This document shows positions 35,967 to 48,200 of a stretch of DNA of 64,000 nucleotides, piece by piece. Positions within the stretch are counted from its first letter, which is position 1. Each line of letters begins with the position of its first letter. Where the stretch lies: the IMG/VR virus record IMGVR_UViG_3300023435_000009. One strand, written 5' to 3'. The stretch is from a virus. Taxonomy: Duplodnaviria > Caudoviricetes. Both the position numbers and the translations under genes were made by a program. The notes beneath the pieces are model-generated. The model ran no database searches. It was not told the DNA's origin and saw only the letters and a program-made list of their open reading frames with translations.

Positions 35967-38900
35967 GTCCGACGACGCCGTGGAGGTCAAAGCGATCCCA
36001 CCCCGAAAAGGTGTAAGGACCGGCAAACCGGGCAAGATCGTCACCTCTGCCATGCGGATGAAGACTGCCATGGGTCTCCCCACGGCAGGGACGATGATGG
36101 GTGTGGGGGGCAACTACTACTCCCCCGAGTTGTCTACCGATTTCCTAGAGTTGCCCCAGAGCAGAGACGAACAGCGCAACTTCTACCGTTTCTTCTATGA
36201 TTACGAGCCCTTCGTCGGCCAGGCCATCGACCAGCACACGGAACTGCCCCTGTCCAAGCTTCGGCTCCGTATGCCTGTGGCCAAGAACCGGGAACTGGCC
36301 GAGAAGTCCATGCGGTTCTGTGAGCGCTGGGCGAAGAAGATCAAGCTCCTCCAGAAGCTGATGCGGATCACCCATGAGTACCACCTGATGGGTGAGGCCA
36401 ACATCTTCTGTGAGGATACCAACGAGGAGATGCCGGACGAGGTTCGGGCGCAGTTGATCCGAGAGATCAAAGAGGACGGGACTCTGGTCGAGCGTTGGGA
36501 CGAGTATGAGGACGCTGATGAGCGGGCCGTTGCGTGGTTGAAGAAGAACTACAAGGGCTGGACGGCGGTTCGGGTGCTGCCCCCGGAACAGGTCAAGGTG
36601 GAGAGCTTCCCCTTCACGGATGAGAAGTTGGTCGAGCTTGTGCCGGACGCCAAGAGCAAGGCCATCGTGGAAAGAGCCCGTGGCGGTGACCCAAACGCCG
36701 AGCGCATCGTGAACTCGATGCCCACCGACATTGTGCAGGCAATCCTAGAGGGTCGGAACCCGGTCCTCAACACGGACAAGGACGCTGGCTCTTTCGTTTA
36801 TACCCTGGAGCGGAAAAGGTCGGACTACGAACCTCACGGTAAGTCCATTCTTCAGCGGTGTTTTCTGCCAGGCACCCCCATTTGGGTCAGTCGAGGTGGT
36901 GTGCCCCAAGAAGTACCCGTTGAGGACGTTCAGAACGGGGAGATGGTGTTGACCCATAATGGTCGGTTCCGATCATGTCAGGTGGGATCTCGCTCCGTGG
37001 ATGAAGAGATCACCGTGATTGACGTGGAGGGGATCCAAGATCCTTTGCGTCTGACATCTGAACACAGAGTGATGCGAATTGCCGAGGACGGTACCGAGGA
37101 GTGGGTTGAGGCCCGGCACATGCGAGTGGGTGACTTGGTGCGTGAAGCACACATCGCTCCTGAGAGTGACGACGTTCCAAGTGTTGTTGATCTGGTCGAA
37201 TGGTGGCAGGGTCGGCAGTTGTTGTCGACCAAGAGGGGACGACCAAAGCTGGGACTGTCAGAAACGGATCGTCAGTTGCAGGTGCTGTCCAGTACCGCAG
37301 ATTCAGAACTGACTGTTTGTTTTGAGTACCTGTCTGATAACAGAAATCATTTGCGAGCAACAGAAGGTTTGACTCGACTTCTGCAATGGGCACACAAGCT
37401 CACTGCACCCGTTGTCAAAACACAATCTGAGGTGGCCCTGGAAGCGGGGGTTTCCGCACGGGATGTACGGGTCTATGCCCCCAGGTTGCGGAAAGAAGGT
37501 TTACTCAAAACGGAAGCTGTCTCATTAGGCCGAGGTAAACAGGTAACATGGTACCCATCTACGACGTCTGAATTACCGTCCGTTCAGACCACAATAACGT
37601 CTCCAGTTAGTTCAATTAACGTTACAGAGGAGTTTTGTTACCTCCTTGGGACATGGTTGGGGGACGGTTCCATCTGGACAGAAAAAGAGACCCTTTTGAA
37701 CGTGCATTCTCTCAAGTGGTCCCTCCATGATGAGGGAATGCGAGAAAGGATTCGGGGTCTGATCAAAGAGTGTTTTCCTGGTGTGGACATTATCACTGGT
37801 TCTCTGATGAGTAAAAAGGGACATCAGGGTGACGTTCGTGTGGAGGACCCCCTTCTAGCCCGTTGGTTCCTTGAGGAATTTGGGCACGGGTTCGATGGCA
37901 AACATCTGCCGGAATGGGTTTTCAATCTTCCTGTGTTGATGTTGCGGGCTCTCCTTCAAGGAGTGGTTGATACGGACGGATGGGTGAAGAAGGACGGAAC
38001 CACTTTAACTATAGACTTGAGGAACAAAGTCCTGGTACAGCAGCTCCATCTGTTGGCAAACCGAGTGGGGTTTCATACTCAGGTGCGGAAAACAATCCAG
38101 CGTCCGCACGTTTGGAAAAGAAAGTGGGAGAATCAACAGGGAGCACAGGAAAAGACGTACTCCTACGAGGAGCGGGAGTGTTGGAAGGTTGAATGTTGCC
38201 GCTCTGATGATATCCGGGCATGGACAGAGGGGGGGCTAAAAACCCCCACCTTGAGTGTTCCCCAACAGAAATACACCTGGTGTTCCCGTTTTAAGGGGGG
38301 GCATCTCACCCGTAAGGTCCGAGATGTTAGAATTCGCCCGTACCAGGGAGTTGTGTACTCCTTTGGTGTTGTTGGGGATGAGTCCCATATAACTGGGGGC
38401 ATCACTACTCACAACTGTATGAGAACTCTCGTCTTTAGAGACAAAGTTCGACAGTCGCTCACATCGATAGCTTCCCGACATATGACACCTTACCGTCTGG
38501 TTTATGCCGAGGACATGAACGAGGAGCAGACCGAGGCCCTCCGTGAGCAAGTCGACTTAGCTCTTCAAGACCCTGACTACTCAATCGTTACGAACTTCCA
38601 GGTCAACTGGGAGGAGATGGGTGCTGACCAGCGGCTCCCGGACTGGTCCTGGGTGTGGGACAACACGAATCAGCAGCTTTATGCTGGTCTCGGTGTGACC
38701 GAGGCTCTTTTGTCAGGTGAATCCAGCTACTCTGGGGACAGGATTTCCCTGGAGGTCATCAACAGCCGCTACATGTTCCTGAGGGAGGTGCTTCAGGACT
38801 TGGTGGAGGAGAACTTCTTCGAGCCAATGTGTCGCCGGATGGGTTTTGTGGAGGAGGATGAGGATGGGAACATGCAGGTAATCGTTCCTGGCCTGTCCTT

Positions 38901-39201
38901 CACCCGGTTGGCCCTGCGGGACACGGCGGACACATTCGACGCTCTGTTCAATTTGTACCAGAAGGGTTCGTTGGATATTGATGTGATCCTCGATCTTATG
39001 AATATCGATCCGGTGACCACCCAGGAGAAGCTCAAGCGGGATCTGTTCACGTTGAATGATGCCACCTTCAACGAGCTTCTCCGGGGCGTGTATGGCAAAG
39101 CTGGGGATCTGCTTGTGGACGGTACAACCATCATGGAGAAGATCGCAGAGAACCTGGGCCTCAAGTATGTGAAGCCCAAGGACGATGCCGGTCGTTTCTA
39201 A
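35950..39201 (+). CDS. Portal-like protein with an intein
   Basis: Follows the terminase; about 560 aa after splicing; FFYDYEPFVGQAIDQHTELPLSKL, YEPHGKSILQR|CMRTL; helical C-terminal half. Confidence 0.65.
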   Translation: MAKRTKSDDAVEVKAIPPRKGVRTGKPGKIVTSAMRMKTAMGLPTAGTMMGVGGNYYSPELSTDFLELPQSRDEQRNFYRFFYDYEPFVGQAIDQHTELPLSKLRLRMPVAKNRELAEKSMRFCERWAKKIKLLQKLMRITHEYHLMGEANIFCEDTNEEMPDEVRAQLIREIKEDGTLVERWDEYEDADERAVAWLKKNYKGWTAVRVLPPEQVKVESFPFTDEKLVELVPDAKSKAIVERARGGDPNAERIVNSMPTDIVQAILEGRNPVLNTDKDAGSFVYTLERKRSDYEPHGKSILQRCFLPGTPIWVSRGGVPQEVPVEDVQNGEMVLTHNGRFRSCQVGSRSVDEEITVIDVEGIQDPLRLTSEHRVMRIAEDGTEEWVEARHMRVGDLVREAHIAPESDDVPSVVDLVEWWQGRQLLSTKRGRPKLGLSETDRQLQVLSSTADSELTVCFEYLSDNRNHLRATEGLTRLLQWAHKLTAPVVKTQSEVALEAGVSARDVRVYAPRLRKEGLLKTEAVSLGRGKQVTWYPSTTSELPSVQTTITSPVSSINVTEEFCYLLGTWLGDGSIWTEKETLLNVHSLKWSLHDEGMRERIRGLIKECFPGVDIITGSLMSKKGHQGDVRVEDPLLARWFLEEFGHGFDGKHLPEWVFNLPVLMLRALLQGVVDTDGWVKKDGTTLTIDLRNKVLVQQLHLLANRVGFHTQVRKTIQRPHVWKRKWENQQGAQEKTYSYEERECWKVECCRSDDIRAWTEGGLKTPTLSVPQQKYTWCSRFKGGHLTRKVRDVRIRPYQGVVYSFGVVGDESHITGGITTHNCMRTLVFRDKVRQSLTSIASRHMTPYRLVYAEDMNEEQTEALREQVDLALQDPDYSIVTNFQVNWEEMGADQRLPDWSWVWDNTNQQLYAGLGVTEALLSGESSYSGDRISLEVINSRYMFLREVLQDLVEENFFEPMCRRMGFVEEDEDGNMQVIVPGLSFTRLALRDTADTFDALFNLYQKGSLDIDVILDLMNIDPVTTQEKLKRDLFTLNDATFNELLRGVYGKAGDLLVDGTTIMEKIAENLGLKYVKPKDDAGRF
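36859..38415 (+). mobile_element. Intein (519 aa) with LAGLIDADG endonuclease and an HTH insert
   Basis: CFLPGTPIWV, LRLTSEHRV, LLGTWLGDGS, LLQGVVDTDG, VYSFGV...ITTHN, +1 Cys. Confidence 0.9.
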
Positions 39202-39236
39202 GCCTATCCCTTCCCTCCCTTAGAGGGGGATCTATC

Positions 39237-42200
39237 GTGAAAAGAGCCGACGCAGAAAACGGGAAAAAGACGGGTGACCGTTCAGACGTTGGTCTGTTTA
39301 TCCCTCTTCCCGGAGATTTGGCATCCCAGTTTCCTGATCTAGGTAGCAACGACCAGTCGGTGCCTCACTCCACCTTCCTCTTCGTAGGATCCGTCCCGCA
39401 GGGCCGGGAAGAGCGGCTGCTGGAGGTGGTGAGGGGTGTGCTGGCAGAGTTGTCCGGTCCGGTCCGGGCGCAACTGGCGTCGGACATTGAGTACTTTGTA
39501 CATCCGGCCAAGCAACGTCGGGTGGCGGTCCTCCCCGTCCGTTTTAGCCATGATCTGGCGGCGATTCGATGGAAGCTCCGGGACGCTCTGGTAGATGACG
39601 GGTTTGATGTGGATGACAGCTTCCCATTGATCTACCGTCCCCATGTGACCTTGGAGTATCTTAACGACCTGGACGAGACCTATGTCGGGACTGTCCCGTC
39701 CGGTGGGTGGTCCCTCAACGGGATCGAAGTCTGGGGTCTGCCCCGTGTGGTGGAGGTCCCCTTCAGCAGCGTCAGCAAGTTGGCCCACCGGCATGTGGAG
39801 TCCAAGGCCCACCACCGTTCCGTCGCACTCATGAAGTTCCTTTCAGGGGTAGCCCGGAAGCTGGGCGTTGGTAACGACGTGTACGTCGTCGGTGGTGCCG
39901 TCCGGAACTTTGTGCTGGATCCCACGGGTCTGAAGTATCCGATTAAGGACATAGATGTCGTCATAGATCCTGTAGCGCTCCGCCGCCCTGACGCCTCCGA
40001 CTGGTTCGCCCAGAAGGTGAAGCGGGCCATCCCCGTGGACGTGAGCCTCGTGACTAACTCGTATGGGGTGAGCATTGTTACAATTACGGGGGATTGGATC
40101 CTGGATGGTGTGTCCATGGCTGGGGAAGTCATAGAGATCGCCAACGCCCGGACCGAGTCCTATGGCGGCACTGCTGGTAAGGGTTACAAACCCCATTTGG
40201 TGGAGCCTGCGACCATCGAAGAGGATGTTAAACGCAGAGACTTCAGTTTTAATACCCTCCTCTGGCGGATGCATGACCTTGCCAACGGCCCGGATCAAGT
40301 GGCGATTCTGGACCTGACGGGCTGCGGGATGAAGGATCTCCAGGATGGGTGGATGCGCTGCCCCTCCAAGCCGGACAGGACCTTCTCGGACGATCCTTCG
40401 AGGATGGTCCGAACTATAAAGTTCATGTTGAAATACGGTTTCAAGATCAGCTCCGAGGTCAAGGCGTCCATCAAGAAGAACGCCCCGAAGCTCAAGAACA
40501 TCCCACCGGGGCACCTGTCCAATATGATCATTGAGACTTTCTTCACGCCCGGTGTGGGAAAGAAGGCCCTCCTGGAGATGGACAAGCTGGGGCTGCTTGA
40601 GGTGACACGGGACATCGCCAGGAAGGATAAGAAGTTCCGGCAGGCTTTGGCCAACTGGGCGGACGCTCATGCCTCCGTGGAGTTCATCTTCGATCTGATG
40701 GATCTGGGGATGCCTTCCGGCAAGCGGTTGGGTTTCCTGAAGCCTGCACAGAAGGATCGTGTACGGGAGATCACCGTACAGATGGATGCCGATGGGTCGG
40801 ATGCCTTTGTGCGGCTGTTGGAGCAGCCGGGCAAGGTCCTCGACATGCCCGGACTCATTACAGAATATGGGTTCAAGGGTGCTGAGATCCGTGCCCTTGT
40901 AGAGGCAGCCCGCACGGCTCTGTTGGACGAGCCTCTCCTGGCCTCGTCCGGTCGGAAGTGGGAGGACAAGATCCGGCGCAGGCTGGGTAAACCTGCTGGG
41001 AAGACCGCTGGAAATGAGGCTCATGTGGTAGCCTCTAAGCCTGTTGTGATTGACGAGGTTCACCTCAAAAAGCTCAAGAAGGACTTCCTCACCTTCACCC
41101 GACAGATTAAGAAACCGAAGGACTACGACCAAGCCCGGTATATGGCTGACGCCTATACTCGTTGGCGGGTGCAGTTCGAGGATTTCATCAAGCGTCTCTG
41201 GAAGTACATGGATGGCCTTCACTGGAGGCATCCGAATTTGTTCTCTGAAAACGACAGAGACTACTGGCGTCGAGTCGTTGGGGAGGATACCTGGGTCCTT
41301 CAAACTGAGAACTTCCCGCTACAGCATCCTGATGACTACTGGACAGAGGAACAGTGTGTTGCTGAGTTTGAGCAGCGACGTGGGCCATGGGTCCGAAAAG
41401 TTCAGAGAGGGGCTCGGGAGGCTTGGTCCCGTCTTGATGACTTCGTCTCGTGGATGGAGACCAACCGTCTCCAAGCGCTACAGACAGAGGGGGACAAGGT
41501 CACACTTGAGTACCCCGAGGTTTACAAGGAGAACATCGACGGTTTCCAGTTGACGTTCAAGGGAATCGAACCGGATGACCGGGCGGAGGTTAAGGGGTTC
41601 TTGGCAGGGCTGAAGAGGTATAAGGCACTGGCTGCGAAGCGTATGCCCCTTCTTCTTCGGAGGAAACTCCCCATCGTCGTGAACAGTATGGGTGAGGTGG
41701 GGCTTGAGTGGGGTGGTCAGTACCACACCCGTTACATTGATTTCAACCTTGCCTCGTCCAGTAGCTCAGGGATACAGAATCGCACTGTTCATGTCTTGGC
41801 TCATGAGATGGGGCATCATATCTTCAAGTCTCTTGGCAGTAAGTCCCGGAAGTTCTGGGACACCCTCATCCGGGGGGACATGGAGCCGTTGGATCTGAAA
41901 AAGATTTACCCCCTGATGAAGGCGGGGGAGGATCTTCAGTGGCTTGCTTTCGACATCGAGGAGAAAGATCCAATCCTTGCCCTCCAGTTAACAGGGGTGA
42001 GCGAGGACTGGCGATGGAAGCACAATGTCCCGACTAAAGAGAAGGTCAAGGAGTTCATTGACGGCGGTGAGGTGCAGATCCATGTTCCCAAGCGCCCCAT
42101 CACCTACTACGCCTCAAAGAACCCAGAGGAAGCCTTCTGTGAGGTGGTCGGGCTTCTGGTTGCCAATGGCCCTGGGTCGGTGGACAACGAGATCCTCCAC

Positions 42201-45200
42201 TGGCTTCGGGTGATCGTACCGTCAGCCAAGATCGCCAACCTCCAGGGTGTGGTGGAAGTCCCGAAAAACACCCACCCAGTCAAGGTGGAGCCGCCCAAGG
42301 CCAAGAGGAAGCAGTTTCCCTTCGTAGGGTACATCGACTTCCAGGGCATCAAGATTGACGTTGAGAATAAGCAGGGGGACGTGCGGAAGGGTGTCAGCCC
42401 TGATGGTGAAGAGTGGGAAACCCACATGTTCCACCATTATGGCGAAATTCGGAATACTGAGGGTACAGATGGCGATAAATTAGATGTTTATGTGGGGGAC
42501 AATCACGACTCTTCCCTGGCGGTCGTTGTCCACCAGCAGGATCCTGACTCAGGCAAGTTCGATGAGGACAAGGTCATGCTCGGCTTTGATTCGGTCGAGG
42601 AGGCCATCGGAGCCTACAAGAAGCAGTACGACCAGCCTGGGTTCTACGTTGAGGGCGAGCACCTGGAGATGCCCATAGGGCAGTTCTGGCGCTGGGTCAA
42701 TGAGGACCGGAACAAGGGTAAGAAGGTCAAGGATGCTGTTGTGCATACAGCGGCCCAGCACGCCCCCTCTACGGCCCCGACGTGGTTTCCCGAGGTAGAG
42801 GGGCGGGTCACAGACATAGCGGCGTCAGGGGACAACGACGAGGGTTGGAAGGCAGCGTCCCAGCGGAGGACTGCCGAGCATAATGACGATTACCAGAGAC
42901 GGGAGAAGGTGCTGCCGGAGGACCTAGACTTTGCCCGGAAGCACCATCTGCCCTTAGAAGAGGATCAGTATTGGGGCACTGTGGTGCCCCTTAAAGCGCT
43001 TTATACAAAGCGTCCCCAATACCACATTTTTGGCATGAACTTAGGTGATCAGAAGCGGTTTGTTTTCGCATCCATTCCTTTGTCCTTGTTAGTCCCGGCT
43101 CAAGAAACTGTCTCGTTGATAGGGCTGCATCGCTACACCGAAGGAAATGTGCGGAGTGACAAGGGTGTACCAGAAGTAGTGCTCTGTGAGTCAGCTTTTT
43201 TTGTCATGGAGGGGCACACCCGGTTGGCCGCAGAGAGGCTCAGAGGGCACTCACGGGCCGAGGTGAAGCTGTTCCTTTATGACGGTAAGAAGTTTCGGAA
43301 GCCTACAGATGAGGATCTGCCCTCATCTGTGCGGCTCCTTAAAAGGAGGCGGAGAGCAACCGCCGCCCAGCGGATAGCAGATCGTTACGTTGAGGGCCTG
43401 CAGATCAACCTGAACGTGGGTGACCCCGTTTTCTACGGGAAATGGAAGTCTTCGCCAGGTACCATCAAGGACTTCAAAACGGATCCCAAGAGCGGTGACC
43501 CTGTTGTGACGGTCGAACCTTATCCGAAGGGACGCAAGAAGCCGAAGGATCTCAAGCTCCTCAAGATCAGGGAGCGGCAGCCCAAGCCAGAAGAGAAGAA
43601 GGCTGGGATGCTGGAGCCGCCTCCGGCGATGGTGAAGTCTGTCCTTGAGTGGGTCATGGCCGTGACACAGAGCACTAAGGCGTTCCGGGCCAAGGAGGAT
43701 TTGGCAAAGGCTCAGGATGTCCTTCAGGCGTTGACAGCACTCAAGCGGGACATGACGAAGCAGCGGGGTGTTCTTGAGGACGCCGTTGCGGATCCGAAGG
43801 TCGGTGTCCGGGCCGAGTACGCAGCCCTTAAGCAGTACGTGGAGACCCTCTTTGAGGACAACCGGAGGACGGCGGTCTTTGTGCAGCGTCTCGTGTGGGG
43901 GCCTCCCAAGTTCAAGAAGTTCACTGAGGCCCACAACAAGGGTGACCTGCCAAGGTATGTGAGGTCAGTCGGTGACGAGGTAGACGAGGCCCTTGCGGAC
44001 AGGATGAAGGCCGTTAAGGGACAGGTCCAGAAGCTCCGGGCCGGGGCCGGTGGTCCCTCAAAGGTGCAGCCAATAATGCCCGGAAAGGAACTGGTAACCC
44101 GGATCCCCGTAGATCTGCGTGGGTGGAAGTACGAGGGGCAGGTTACCGTAGAGAAGGGGGTCAAGGGACTTGTAGATGTCATCACCAAGGCCATGGCCCG
44201 TAAGACGGACATCGATGAGGAGTCCCGGAAGTTCTTTGACGAGTTGATGGAGGGCAACAAGAAGCAGTGGCAGTCTATCGCTGTAAAGTTGGACCCGAAC
44301 CAGACCCCTCACGGGAGATGGCAGTCCGCAACCAAGATGCTGACCCTGAAGTTCGGTGGTCCCGAGAAGGACGCCGCATGGTACCGCCCCCTCATCGAAC
44401 ATGAGTTGCGGCACGTTGCACAGGATCTGATCAATTTCTCCGAGGGTCTGTATGACAGAGGGGGCCGACCTTCTCGTAAGATGCTTACTCCAGACTACAC
44501 CCAGCAGGACGAGGATGCGGCGAGGCAGAAGCTGAGGGCCGTGGGCATCGATCCACGTCAGGTAGCGATTCATCATCTGGACGATGTGGAGTTCTACACG
44601 GACCTGGCAGACGCTGTCGGAGAGTACAAGAGGCAGCAGCCAAAGTTCGACCATCTCCCTCGTAATGAGACCATCAGGTTCTTTGTGGGTGGGAAGGCCA
44701 ATCCTGAGGTGGCACAGGAACTTCGCAGTTTGCGGATGCACCCCCTCCCCTTCTTCACGACGTTGAAGAGGGTTCCTTCCGCAAGGGGTAAGTACCAGAA
44801 GGCTGTGAATGAACTGCTTAAGGCCACGGGCGGGTCCGCTACCAGGGTGGCTCTCCGTTACCTCCAGGGGAAGCAGGCTGGCGTGTTCCAGGGGCCACCG
44901 GCGCTGTTGAAGACCATCCAGGAGTGGGCGCTGGCCACCTACGCCGGACACATCCTCGCTGGGGTTGAGACAGACCTAGAAACGATCCTTGACGCCAAGG
45001 GGCCGATCAAGAGGGCCATCCAGGACATGGGCAAGGGATACGATGAGGTCACTAAGGCGGGCAGTCTTTCCGTTGGCGGATCCTTCAAGTTCCCGATGAC
45101 GGACACCTTCGGCGGTTCCAGTAGTCTCTCCAAGAGTGTCTGGGGGGTCAAAAGGACGGGGGAAGACGTCTACCTGATCGGGAAGGGTGACCGTTCCGTT

Positions 45201-48200
45201 TCCTGGAAGCCCCAACAGTTGCCCTGGCAGTGGGGTCGTGGACCGTGGACCCTTGAGGAAGTCAAAAAGCATCTGATGCCCTACATCAGCAGGGCGACGC
45301 AGAGGATGCGGTCGAAGCTGGATCAACCTGTTGTTGACCCCAACATGCCCAAGGCCGTGGAGTTAACCCTCCTGAAGCGAAAGTGCCTCCAGTACACGAC
45401 TAAGGCCAAGCATTACTCCGGGAAGGCCACCACTAAATTCAAGCTGGATCTGTCCGGTTGGAAGTACCTACCCAATCCCCGAGAGGCCGAAAAGCACATC
45501 AAGGATGAAGAAGGTTGGGATGTGGTGAAGGTGGTGCTGGACTTCAAGGGGAGCCAGACAAAGGGCGGCTACTGGTCCCTCAAGGAGAGGACCCTGGACG
45601 TAGAGATCGGGGCCGGGGCCACCAGCCACTATATCCGAACACCAGAGCAGGCCCGGACGGTGTCTCTGTTCGAGACAGGTATAACGCAGATCACAGGGAC
45701 TTGTCGTCATGAGGTCCAGCATATTGGACAGGATGCCCTGAGGCTCGCTAAGGGATTATCGGAGGACGCAGGTCTCCCTGGCCGCACTCTACGGAACCCG
45801 GACTTCACCCCCGAGGGGCGGAAGCTGCACGTCCCTGAGGGGGATGCTCCTTCTGGGAAGGTACACCCGCTTCGGGATGTGGAGTTCCATACCCGGATCC
45901 AGGACGAGATAGAGAAGTTCTCTCGCTTTGTGCGGAAGGGTGTTGTCGCCAAGGCTAAGATCAAGGAGGCCCTCCATATCTGGGTGGGGGCGTCCCCCGA
46001 GAATGAGATGAAGGATCCAGACGGCAAGGTCATCATGACCACGCAGCAGTTCTTCTACTCCCTGCGGAAGTACGAGAAGGGGAAGTGGCAGAAGGCCGTC
46101 GATGAGTTCAGGAAGGGTCTTATGCGGAAGGGTCTCCGGATCAGTTCTGAGGACATCCAGTCGGCCATGACGCAGAGGGTCAGGCAGGACCAGGAGTACT
46201 TTGCCTCGCTCTTGGGCACTGTCGCTCAGATCCAGTCCGAGATCGATGCTCATCCCGATTATTACTCTACATCGGACAAGAACAGGAAGCTCTGGTTGGC
46301 GTGGAAAGATCTGGCTTTGCTAGGGGATCGGCTGGCCAGGGCCGTGTTGGATCAGAAGAGCATCCCGCCGGGCAAGAATAAAGCCTTCGAGTTGGCTGCT
46401 CGTGCCTTCATCTCTATACGGGGGACTCCCCGTGACATTGAGAAGTGGATGGTGAAGAACAAGCGGCACATCAACCTTCTCAACGACACCGTAGACTGGC
46501 CAGACAAGTCAGAGGACGAGAAGCTCAAGGTGGGGGCCTTTACGGTACACAACACCCTTGGGTTGGAAGGGGCGGACCTTGACCGAAGTAAGAAGAACGT
46601 TCAGAAGGCTGAGTCGCTGATTCGTCGGATGCCCTTTCCGAAGGGACTCAAACAGGTTCTTTATGGGGACGTTTACATAGTAGCTCGGCTAAACAAAACC
46701 AAAACGTGGGCCTTCTACTACCCTCGGGACGACAACGTCTATGTCAGGGCTGACACCAAGGGTGTGTTGGGAGAGACTCACAGCCTTATTCACGAACTGG
46801 CTCATCGCTATTGGGAACAGTTCGCATCCGTTTCCAAGAAGCACGCCTGGATCCGCCACCACGCCCATATGTCCGGCAAGAGCATGCCCGCCGAGAAGAT
46901 GCCGATGCCGAACGTTGGGGAGACTCTCCCCCTCAAGATTCCGGGTGCCCCTCGGGGGTTCGAACCTGTGGTTTCCCATGTCCATGCCGGGAAGTACTGG
47001 TTCGATGTGCCCTCCAAGGATGGGAAGACGACCAGGACGATGAACTACCCCGTCCACGAGATGGCGAAGTTCCTTTATGACCGGGACGAGAGGACAAAGC
47101 GGCGGGAGACCTTCCCGACCCCCTATGCAGCGAAGAACGCTGAGGAACACTTCTGTGAATCCACGGCATTGAGGGCATTGGGCAAACTGAAGGGGTCAAA
47201 CTTGGATGAGTACGACCGAATCTGGGGTGGCTCAGGGGGGCGGGTGGCCAGTCAGGACTCATCAGTAGAGGCCAAAGTGGACTTCTCTGGCACTCGTTGG
47301 GTAGTGGCACCCCCGTCCAAGTTGGACGAGGCACAGGCTGAAACCGTTTGGCAGGTTTATCATACATCCTATGGGAACCTTGGTGAACACATCTCAAACC
47401 TGTCGGAGCTGTTGTCCAAGTACCAGTTGTTCTGGCTCGTGGATGTAGACGGGGATGAGAAACCGGATGCGTTCATTGCCTATAAAAAGACCCCAGCGGG
47501 TAAGAAGATAGGTGTTATCGGTTCTGACGGGTCTCCGTTGGCCAAGCGACTAGTGGTACGGAAACTCCTCCAGTTGTTTCAGGGCAACGGGTACTACGTC
47601 GAGGCTTCGGGACGACCGGCACAAATGCTAGACTCCGCTGGGGTGCCCCATGTGACGGATCAGGCTGATGTGGAGGCCGTGATGGCTCCGAAAAAGATCC
47701 ACTGGTTGGGGGACGGTAAGTACACCAGGGCCATTGGTGGTTTGGGGACGAAGGAGAAACGCTTGTACGGACATCCCAGGATCCCACGAGCACGTAAGCA
47801 GGCACGTCGGTTGGCCACCCGCTGGCTCAGGTCCTCTGCGAGCATCCCGGCCCAGCAGATTGCAGCACGTTATCTGGAGGCCGGTGCCTACCCCACAAGC
47901 CGTTTGGTGGAGGGTCCACTCATTGACGGGCATATCCCACCGAGAACCCCACAGGGACGGCCTCCGGCGTATTTATACCGCTCTATGCCGGTGGCGGAGT
48001 ACGAGGCAGCAGTGTCTCGGGGTCAGATGCGGGGGCGTCCGCTCCACGCCGCAGGCGAGCCTGTTTTCTACACCCTCAACCCAGGCGAGAACGTCCTGGT
48101 CGCAATAGAGTACCGTGACCGAGATGGCTGGGACTCCAAGGTGGGTATGGGAGGCAGCACCATTTACGCCATCACCCACGACGCTATTCCGATGTCGAGA

